Both the position numbers and the translations under genes were made by a program. The notes under the pieces were generated by a model that saw only the letters and a list, made by a program, of their open reading frames with translations, had not been told where the DNA came from and did not search any database. Positions 1 through 7,521 of a stretch of DNA of 24,755 nt are shown piece after piece (within the stretch, counting starts at the first letter, position 1; the number at the start of each line of letters is the position of its first letter). The stretch comes from a bacterium (lineage in GTDB: Bacteria; Zhuqueibacterota; Zhuqueibacteria; Oceanimicrobiales; Oceanimicrobiaceae), in NCBI GenBank assembly GCA_046757165.1, contig JBHHXT010000058.1:1-24755 (forward strand). The letters are read 5' to 3'.

Positions 1-32
1 ATGTTAATCAATTTAAGTGCGTTGAATGGCAG

Positions 33-58
33 CGCAGGTTATGCTTTCGTTATATGCC
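33..58 (+). other. Possible right half of an integron attC site (left half would lie outside the window)
   Basis: CGCAGGTTATGC-TTTC-GTTATATGCC resembles an L' box, spacer and GTT core end of attC sites; the pairing partner is not visible. Confidence 0.3.
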
Positions 59-136
59 TAAAGCAGATTATGGAGCCCAAATACTCATGAATAAGCATCG
101 TGTGACGAGTATTATTCGAGTAAGCCATAAAAAAAA

Positions 137-1132
137 TCAATATGAAACATAAATAGCAGACTTGTCAATTCTCGAATTCAGCGGACCGACCGTTTTTAAT
201 TTGAAAGCGGCCAAATTGCTACCTGCCAGAATGCATTCTGGTGGTTGATGACCGTCCAACCAGGCGGTGAGAAAGCCAGCCCAAAAGGCATCTCCCGCTC
301 CGGTCGCATCGGATACCAAAACCTCTCTACCTGGAACATGCTCTTGATTAGCGCCGTGGTTCCAGGAGACCAAGCTGCCTTTTGCACCCTTGGTTAAACA
401 AACCAATTCGGCTCCCCAATTGTGGAAGCGCGAAATGGCTTCTTCAGCGGTTAATGTGCTGTCATCAAATAGCCTGGAAATATCGTCCAGACTGATTTTC
501 GTTAAAGCGCCATGACTACAATATTTGGCAACAATTCTCTGCGCTTCCTCTCGATTATCCCAAATTGATGGAGCGTAATTGACATCGATACTCAGGTGAC
601 ATCCAAGCTCTGACGCTCGACCGGCACCACCGAGGATACTGCTTTGGGCTGGCTCACGACTCAAGGCAAAACACGTCGTATGATAAATGCTGCTACGCTG
701 GATTACGTTGCCGCTAATATGCTCCGGCTTTATCATGACATCAGCAACTCTGTAGGCAATGAAATCCGGCGTTCCCTGTGTTTTCGTGAGAATGACCATA
801 GAGGTTGGGGCAATCGGGTCAGTTATAATATAATCTGTAATGACACCGGCTTCCTTCAACTGCTTCTTCAGGAAGTGACCCAGACCTTCGTTGCCTACAC
901 AAGCGATTAAAGCAGTTCGATTTCCCAGGCAGGCTAAATTAGCTGCAAGATTGGCCGGACTTCCCCCCCGATAGCGATGAAAATCGCGCGCTTTCTCTAA
1001 GTTGTCACACGCCTCATGACTTATGAAGTCGCAAAGGAATTCACCGACGGCTAACACATCGATTTCTCTACTTCGGCGAGATTTTGACGGTGCGATAAAG
1101 GTCAGTTTTAGGGAAGATGTTTTTTCAGCCAT
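137..1132 (-). CDS. PfkB-family carbohydrate kinase, probably fructokinase
   Basis: VGEFLCDF start, GGSPANLAANLACLG (PfkB signature 1), DVNYAPSIW, DATGAGDAFWAG (PfkB signature 2). As called, it overlaps the upstream GT4 gene by 25 nt. Confidence 0.9.
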   Translation of the reverse strand: MAEKTSSLKLTFIAPSKSRRSREIDVLAVGEFLCDFISHEACDNLEKARDFHRYRGGSPANLAANLACLGNRTALIACVGNEGLGHFLKKQLKEAGVITDYIITDPIAPTSMVILTKTQGTPDFIAYRVADVMIKPEHISGNVIQRSSIYHTTCFALSREPAQSSILGGAGRASELGCHLSIDVNYAPSIWDNREEAQRIVAKYCSHGALTKISLDDISRLFDDSTLTAEEAISRFHNWGAELVCLTKGAKGSLVSWNHGANQEHVPGREVLVSDATGAGDAFWAGFLTAWLDGHQPPECILAGSNLAAFKLKTVGPLNSRIDKSAIYVSY

Positions 1133-2595
1133 TCTTCATCTATATCATTATTTTCAGGATTCTTAAAATAATTTGGAATAGGATATGTTCGTTGACTCGC
1201 AACCTCTCCCGCTAAGATTGCGTGAATTTCAACAAGATAACTTTCTGCGGCTTTTTCCCAGGTGTGTTTTTCATTGACTCGATGTATTCCGGCTTGCTGC
1301 ATCAGTCGCCACTCCCGTAAGTCGAGGGTCAATCTCGTTAGGCCGTTACCAATGTCAGCCGGATCATTTGGATCAACAAGGATTCCATACTCGGTCTTTT
1401 CATCTTGCAAACTTTCGCTCGGTCCACCGTTCTTAGTCACTACTGCTGGCAATCCACAGGCCATCGCCTCTAATGGCGCCAATCCAAAGGGCTCGTAAAC
1501 CGAAGTAAGCGCAAAAATACCTCGCCGATTTTTTGCAAAATAACGATATGCGGCAGCTAACTCCTTTTGGTTTTTCAGATCAAAGGCTGTTACGCAAGGC
1601 CAAAGATTGGCTTTTTCCAGGATTTCAACAATTTGGTTAAGGATAGAAAGCTTCTCACCAGAGTAAAACGAGTTTCTTTGGCGTAATGGATCCGGATGGT
1701 CATTTACAACCAGGGCTAAATTCGCAGAATCCCGTAATCGTTGATTTACTTGCCAAGCACGTAACAGTGCCACATGATTCTTTTTTCGATCAAGGCGACT
1801 GGAACAAATCACCACGGGAAGATGGCATCGACTTTCCGGAATATCGCGTTTCAACATTGCTTCGACTTTTTCAGCGATTCGCTCCTCGAATTCATCTTTC
1901 TGGTCAATCCCGAATAATCGTAAGTTCACACCCGGTGGAATGACGGCAAACTTTTGGTCGTCTTGAGGATCGACCGCTCCCGCGTAAATCTGGTGCTTGT
2001 ATTGTTCAAATCGCTCCTGACGAGTGCTGGTGATGATGCGGCTGGCCCTGGCCATGCTTAAACGCTCAGCGGCGATGCGTTTATCGAAATGGAACCGTTG
2101 CAACAACTGTGAGAGGCTTTCTCTACTTTTTAGAAACTGGTCCATTTTTTGTGCGCCTAAGCTGTGTGCCGTGAAAGTAAAAAGGGTGCCTAAACGCTCT
2201 TGTAGCAAAGCAGCCGCAAGTCCGCCGTCACCATAATGGCTGGTAGCAGCGACAGGAAACTGACCTTCGTTTTGATAAAATCGAATAATATTCTCAACCC
2301 ACTCGCGTATCCAGGGCCACAATTCTTCTTTGGGTAATAAATGATCAGGGCCACATGGCAATCTAATAATTCTTATGTTATGATGCCCGGGATAATTATC
2401 AAATGTCGCTGCAAATTCTGGCCAATTTGGGTCGATAATTTGTCTGGTAAGAATATCTACTTTACAATTTAATTCGCCCAGTGCCAGGCTCAATTCTTTT
2501 ACATAAACGAGTTGACCGCCAAAATCCGGATGCTCGGTCCAGCCTCGATCAGTTGGATCGAAATTTCCTTGCGGATTTAAAAATGCGATTCGCAT
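1108..2595 (-). CDS. sps: Sucrose-phosphate synthase-like GT4 glycosyltransferase (GT-B domain only, no HAD phosphatase domain)
   Basis: AFLNPQGNFDP..WTEHPDFGGQLVYVKE, LPKEELWP, HYGDGG, HSLGAQK, SSRLDRKKNH, YEPFGLAPLEAMACGLP; motifs and length (495 aa) match the Halothermothrix orenii-type SPS as recalled. Confidence 0.88.
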   Translation of the reverse strand: MRIAFLNPQGNFDPTDRGWTEHPDFGGQLVYVKELSLALGELNCKVDILTRQIIDPNWPEFAATFDNYPGHHNIRIIRLPCGPDHLLPKEELWPWIREWVENIIRFYQNEGQFPVAATSHYGDGGLAAALLQERLGTLFTFTAHSLGAQKMDQFLKSRESLSQLLQRFHFDKRIAAERLSMARASRIITSTRQERFEQYKHQIYAGAVDPQDDQKFAVIPPGVNLRLFGIDQKDEFEERIAEKVEAMLKRDIPESRCHLPVVICSSRLDRKKNHVALLRAWQVNQRLRDSANLALVVNDHPDPLRQRNSFYSGEKLSILNQIVEILEKANLWPCVTAFDLKNQKELAAAYRYFAKNRRGIFALTSVYEPFGLAPLEAMACGLPAVVTKNGGPSESLQDEKTEYGILVDPNDPADIGNGLTRLTLDLREWRLMQQAGIHRVNEKHTWEKAAESYLVEIHAILAGEVASQRTYPIPNYFKNPENNDIDEEWLKKHLP

Positions 2596-2600
2596 ATTTT

Positions 2601-4184
2601 TTACCAGAACATTATTACCAGAATTGCTGTTAGAACTATCAACGCAACGGATAAGATACGGTAATTTTTGTACCAGACAACATCCTTTAACAGCCGTGAC
2701 TCAGCGTCATAAAATCGCTTCGCCCAGGTGAGTTCGTTGGTTTTTTCGTCAGGAGGCGGCGGAGTCATGAGGCTGACCATTACGATGACCGGAATCGCTA
2801 CCAGAAATAGGATCAGCGCAACGTAAAGAAAGTGCATATTCATAATTAACAGAATTTCATTGGCAATGAAAAGAAGCGCGCCGGATAAAAATCCCACCAC
2901 CAATGTAGCAAAAGCTCCCTGCGCATTTGCCCGTTTCCAGAAGATGCCAACCAGAAAAAGTGCGGCAACCGGAGGCACCGTATAGGAAAGTACTCTCTGC
3001 AAGTACTTAAAGAGCGACCCGAAATTCTCGATGAAAGGCGCCCATACCGCGGCTAGAATCATGAAAAAGGCGGTTGCGGCGCGGCCAACCCACATGAGTT
3101 TTTCACTACTCAAGTCCGGCCGCCTTTTATGCACAAAGTCCATCGTAACCAGCGTAGAGGCAGAATTTAGCGTGGAGTCAATTTGAGACATCAGGGCAGC
3201 AACAAATCCAGCCAAAGCAAGGCCTACGACACCTACCGGCAAGAGGTCAAAGAGTAGGGTCGGATAGACGAGGTCGGCTTTCGGCAACTCCGGGTAGAGC
3301 ACTCTTGCCATCGTGCCGGGAAGAACCATAATAAACAGTGGCGGCAGTTTCAGAAACCCTGCGAAAATTGCCCCCCAGCGGCCGTGGTTCTCGTCTTTGG
3401 CGCTTAAGACACGCTGCACCATAAACTGGTTCGTGCACCAAAAATAGAACCCCAACAAAGGAACACCGGTGAGTAAACCGAGCCACGGCACACCCGGATC
3501 ATCCAACGGACGGACGAGACTGAGCATCTCGGGAGGAGTGATGTCAGTTACGACGCCCCAGCTTCCGATCTTCACAAAAGCACAAATCGTAATAATAATC
3601 GAAGCGATCAAAAGTAAGATGGCTTGAATCATATCAGTATAAATCACGGCTGCCAGGCCGCCTGCGATGGTGTACAAACCCGCCAGCAGGGCCAGCACGC
3701 CAATCGTCTGCCATAAGGGGATTCCCGGAAATATCAATTTGATCAACAAACCACCGGCATATAGACTTCCGGCGGTATCGACGACAATGTTTAGAAAAAG
3801 CGTTAGCACCGAAAAATACGTGCGGGCGCGCCCATCGAATCGCTTTTCCAGAAATTGCGGCATGGTGTAAACTCGGGAGCGCAAGTAAAAAGGTAAAATA
3901 AAGATGGCAAAGAAAACCAGGATGACGCTGGCCATCCATTCATAATTGTAGACTGAAATACCTGTGCTGTACGCATCCCCGGCCAATCCAACCAGCGTAG
4001 TACTGGATATGTTGGAAGCAAACAAAGAGAAACCTATTAGTGGCCACGTCATAGAACGGGCCGCCAGAAAATAGTCTTCTGCCGTTTCGTGTTTTTTTGC
4101 AAATCGAAATCCTAAATAAACAACAAACGCCGCATACAATGCAACCAAAGTTAAATCAATGGGATGCAAACTGAATTCTGGCAT
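2601..4184 (-). CDS. Sodium:solute symporter (SSS/SGLT-like sugar transporter)
   Basis: EDYFLAARSMTWPLIGFSLFASNISS, YTIAGGLAAVIYTD, YFWCTNQFMVQRVLSAK, AALMSQIDSTLNSASTL; many hydrophobic helices. Confidence 0.95.
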   Translation of the reverse strand: MPEFSLHPIDLTLVALYAAFVVYLGFRFAKKHETAEDYFLAARSMTWPLIGFSLFASNISSTTLVGLAGDAYSTGISVYNYEWMASVILVFFAIFILPFYLRSRVYTMPQFLEKRFDGRARTYFSVLTLFLNIVVDTAGSLYAGGLLIKLIFPGIPLWQTIGVLALLAGLYTIAGGLAAVIYTDMIQAILLLIASIIITICAFVKIGSWGVVTDITPPEMLSLVRPLDDPGVPWLGLLTGVPLLGFYFWCTNQFMVQRVLSAKDENHGRWGAIFAGFLKLPPLFIMVLPGTMARVLYPELPKADLVYPTLLFDLLPVGVVGLALAGFVAALMSQIDSTLNSASTLVTMDFVHKRRPDLSSEKLMWVGRAATAFFMILAAVWAPFIENFGSLFKYLQRVLSYTVPPVAALFLVGIFWKRANAQGAFATLVVGFLSGALLFIANEILLIMNMHFLYVALILFLVAIPVIVMVSLMTPPPPDEKTNELTWAKRFYDAESRLLKDVVWYKNYRILSVALIVLTAILVIMFW

Positions 4185-4226
4185 ATGATCATTCCGAATT
4201 ATGAATAAGAGCTATTGCAAATTAAG

Positions 4227-4255
4227 AGGCCACGCACTACAACAGTGCGTGGCCT
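4227..4255 (-). terminator. Stem-loop between the TBDR and symporter genes (partial terminator or mRNA stabiliser)
   Basis: Perfect 12-bp inverted repeat AGGCCACGCACT-N5-AGTGCGTGGCCT, followed on the minus strand by a weak T tail (CTTAATTT). Confidence 0.65.
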
Positions 4256-4279
4256 AGAAACTTACTACCAGAAAATTCA

Positions 4280-6922
4280 CTAATTAAGGCTGTAACCCAC
4301 CGTAAGGGCTATAGAGCGACCCGCTATCGGCCTTACCCGCACAAAGTTAACCTGATTGTCTACGATGCTGCCTTCCTCAGATTCGGTAATTCCCAGTGTA
4401 TCCAGCAGGTTATTTCCACTAACCGATGCAGCCAATTTGCTCGTTATCTGATACCTTAGAAATCCATTGACAATCACATAGCCCGGCATAATGAGCTCGT
4501 TGCTGTCTTGCGCGTATGCCTTGGTCTGGCCGATGAGACTTAACCCGACTGAATGCTGACCTATAGAATATGTTGGGATAAGATTGAACATAACAGCAGG
4601 TTGCCGCCGCGGCGTATTGCCGTCATTCGCTCCGGATGTGATCTCAGCCTTCGTGAGGGTCATTCCACCACGTAGATCCAGTGCGCCGAGACTCAATGCG
4701 CCTTCTACTTCAACGCCGAATGCATCATAATCATTCTCAATGATCTTTTGGGTAGTCGCCTCAAATCCCCCTTCTTCGGTTGTGCTTGCCAGAAATCCCG
4801 TGACAAATAGACCACCCTTACTGAACAAGTGTTTGTACCCAAATTCCGCTTGACGGATTATATCTTTTGCATTCAGAGTCGTTCCACCTGTATAAGGCAA
4901 TCCGAGAAACAACAGGCGATCGGCTTTTGCTGAACCGCCCCGGCTGTAACGAACAAAAACTGCTTGATTTTCATTGAGCTGGTAGTTGCCGCCGACTGAA
5001 AAAGACGCATAGTCGTAGGTATAATCAACCGGCGTGGTATTGGCGTTATCTATAGCTGAAACACTTTCTTCGTTCGGTGAAATGACGCCATCGTTATTCA
5101 CATCGAAGGTTCTCTGTACGGGGCCGGCGAATTGTCCTGTAACACGTCCATTATCAATACGAACACTGGCGTCCACGTTCAATGCTTCGCTGACTTCTAG
5201 ATCTGCACTGAAGTAAGGCGCGGTGGTCAAATAATCTGTATCATAATTCCGCTGACAGCAATTGCCCCAGAAAGGCACGCCATATGCATAAAGTCCGTTT
5301 TGACTTAACTTTGTGCCATCGGCAGCAAAAACATCCACCAGCCTCGCATTCTCACCATCCACATCTGTCAGGTAAGAATTCCAGAGCCAGGACATGGAAA
5401 TGGATTGGTTCGACAAATAGAAACCGGCACCCAGATTTGCTTTTCCGAACTGCTTCGATACTTTGAAATCATTCACCAGGAAATTGAAATCGTTCAACTC
5501 GGTATCAAACAGGTGAATTCTGAGAGCGAGTCCATTCCCCGCATTTCCATTTCCAAAGGGAGTGCCATCTGCATATTGAAGGAATGCTCCCGGGCCCCCG
5601 ATGGATTCAGCCAATTCCTGAGCGGTGCCAATCTGGGCCGGAAAAGGCGCAACGAAGCGGCCAGAATTAAGTGCCAATCTCCCACGATTCTCAAGCCGCC
5701 AGCCGTTATCAAGGTCGCGTGCGAATTCAAGTCCAACTGCCGTGGAGAGAGCATGCATTCCGTCAGCGACATCACTACGCCGGAGCGCACCGTCAACTCC
5801 GAGACCCAGATTTTGCAGCAAAAACGGGGTGTGCATTGTGCCTGAAGTAGCGTCATATCCAGCAATAGAACCCCAGTTCGGGGAATCGTTTGTTCCCTCT
5901 ACTCTTAACGGCATGGGCATGTAGGCAGCGGCACGATCATTCAGGTACTTGAAGTAAATCCGGCCATATCCGCCATCAAATAGTCTGGTGAGGTTCATTT
6001 TCACCTGACCGCCGGAGTTTGCAGTGTAGCCGGTTGTTCTTGGTCCGTCTCCCTGTCGCACGAAACCACCGACGTGGAAGCTCATATCATGGCCTAATGG
6101 AGACCCATACTCAAAGTCAACGCGGGAGTGCTTATAATCCAGACCGGTGCTTGTGCTGACGTATCCACCTGCAGCTGCACCGGTTTTGCTGATAAAGTTG
6201 ATGATGCCGGCAGGTGAATTGCTTGCCAGAGTAGAAGCGGAACCACCACGGATGGCTTCAATGCGACCGACATTGTAGTCCGCTCTTAAGAAAATATCCA
6301 CTGTAGCAAAAGCAATATCGCCAAACTGAAAGATGGGTAGACCATCTTCCTGCAATTGCAGATATTTCGCCCCTCCTGCGGAGATGGGGACGCCTCTCAG
6401 GGTGATATTTGTATTTCCATCGCCACCGGAAGCTTCCGAACGAACGCCAGGTATGGTCCGAAAAATCTCCGCAGTTGTTCTGGGTGCAGACTTTTCAATC
6501 TCCCGGATATTCAATGTGGAAATGGATACACTGGATTCAATTTTTGAAGCCGGATTTACGACACCGGTGACCACGACTTCGCTCAGACCCAAAACATCTT
6601 CCTCGAGAACGAAATCTACTGTGGCCGTTGCATCGGCTGCAACCGTTACTTCTTTCTTAACCGTTTTATAACCGATAAATCGGGCAACCAGGGTGTATGT
6701 CCCTGGCGGCACAGCAGAAATGGTGTAATTACCCTCCAGATCAGAAGCAGCACCCATCAGAGTACCCTCGATAGATATATTTGCGCCAGCCAAAGCCATG
6801 CTCTCGTTGTCCTTTATGCTTCCCGCAATTTTTCCGGTTGCCTGGGAGAAAACTGTCGAAGTTGAGAAGAGGATGAGAATGGCAAAAGCGATTAATTGAA
6901 TTTTTGTTCTTTGAGATTTCAT
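4280..6922 (-). CDS. TonB-dependent receptor with N-terminal carboxypeptidase-regulatory-like domain; resembles sugar (sucrose-type) TBDRs
   Basis: Signal peptide; GKIAGSIKD..LAGANISIEGT..GAASDLEGNYTIS; EVVVTG; plug motifs IPGVRSEASGG, LQEDGLP, IEAIRGG, PAGIINFISK; C-terminal NNLLD..GRS beta strands; RBS AGGAGG. Confidence 0.92.
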   Translation of the reverse strand: MKSQRTKIQLIAFAILILFSTSTVFSQATGKIAGSIKDNESMALAGANISIEGTLMGAASDLEGNYTISAVPPGTYTLVARFIGYKTVKKEVTVAADATATVDFVLEEDVLGLSEVVVTGVVNPASKIESSVSISTLNIREIEKSAPRTTAEIFRTIPGVRSEASGGDGNTNITLRGVPISAGGAKYLQLQEDGLPIFQFGDIAFATVDIFLRADYNVGRIEAIRGGSASTLASNSPAGIINFISKTGAAAGGYVSTSTGLDYKHSRVDFEYGSPLGHDMSFHVGGFVRQGDGPRTTGYTANSGGQVKMNLTRLFDGGYGRIYFKYLNDRAAAYMPMPLRVEGTNDSPNWGSIAGYDATSGTMHTPFLLQNLGLGVDGALRRSDVADGMHALSTAVGLEFARDLDNGWRLENRGRLALNSGRFVAPFPAQIGTAQELAESIGGPGAFLQYADGTPFGNGNAGNGLALRIHLFDTELNDFNFLVNDFKVSKQFGKANLGAGFYLSNQSISMSWLWNSYLTDVDGENARLVDVFAADGTKLSQNGLYAYGVPFWGNCCQRNYDTDYLTTAPYFSADLEVSEALNVDASVRIDNGRVTGQFAGPVQRTFDVNNDGVISPNEESVSAIDNANTTPVDYTYDYASFSVGGNYQLNENQAVFVRYSRGGSAKADRLLFLGLPYTGGTTLNAKDIIRQAEFGYKHLFSKGGLFVTGFLASTTEEGGFEATTQKIIENDYDAFGVEVEGALSLGALDLRGGMTLTKAEITSGANDGNTPRRQPAVMFNLIPTYSIGQHSVGLSLIGQTKAYAQDSNELIMPGYVIVNGFLRYQITSKLAASVSGNNLLDTLGITESEEGSIVDNQVNFVRVRPIAGRSIALTVGYSLN

Positions 6923-7257
6923 CGTTTCCTCCTGCTAATTGTTAGTTCGATGTGCTCGTCAATAATAAGACTAAGAGCGTATATGAAAACTCGATCAGAC
7001 GTGTCATTCTGTAAGAATCTTTGTAATTTCAAGCACGGACTACCCCCCCAGTCCGGATGTAAAGTCAAAACAGATGCTTCCCGCATGACTGTTATGAGGC
7101 TTTTCAGACACCCTTTAAAGTAAGGGTCAGCTTTCCAACAGTCTTATTTTTCTACAAAAATTGATTGCACCTTAGCCTCCGTCTTATTAAATTAAAAAAG
7201 CCTGATTCAGATTGGGATAGCGCTACCTATCCCGGCTGATTCGTTTAAACATGTTTC

Positions 7258-7281
7258 TTACATGCTTAAACCTCCTTTCAT
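7258..7281 (-). other. Mini-ORF MKGGLSM* with embedded AAAGGAGGT, followed by a hairpin and T-run
   Basis: Minus strand ATGAAAGGAGGTTTAAGCATGTAA; downstream GGGATAG-N6-CTATCCC stem and CTTTTTT. Confidence 0.35.
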
Positions 7282-7387
7282 GATTTAGTTAGTGGTTTAA
7301 ACTACTAATTATATTATTTTGTGAAGGATTTAAGGCTTGGGCCGATCGACCAAGCGCCAATTTGTGTCCGATTGGCCCATTTTGTTT

Positions 7388-7414
7388 CTACTTCTTTATG
7401 TCACCTCCTTTCAT
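7388..7414 (-). other. Mini-ORF MKGGDIKK* with embedded AAAGGAGGTGA, followed by a hairpin
   Basis: Minus strand ATGAAAGGAGGTGACATAAAGAAGTAG; downstream GGGCCAATCG...CGATCGGCCC stem. Confidence 0.35.
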
Positions 7415-7521
7415 AACTTTGAATTCTCTCGGCTAAAATTGAGTTATTGTTTACTGATGATTTAGATGAATTGTTGGTTTTCGTTTTTTATCAATTCCCT
7501 CCAAATAAGAATTACTTTTCC

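Noticed and set aside
4280..4300. TBDR ending in YSLN rather than a terminal Phe as a sign of truncation
   Set aside because: The final amphipathic strand (GRSIALTVGYSL) is complete, and non-Phe ends occur in outer-membrane barrels.
6923..7521. Cobalamin or TPP riboswitch upstream of the TBDR
   Set aside because: I could not find the conserved B12-box or TPP core motifs by eye; an Rfam search is still advisable.
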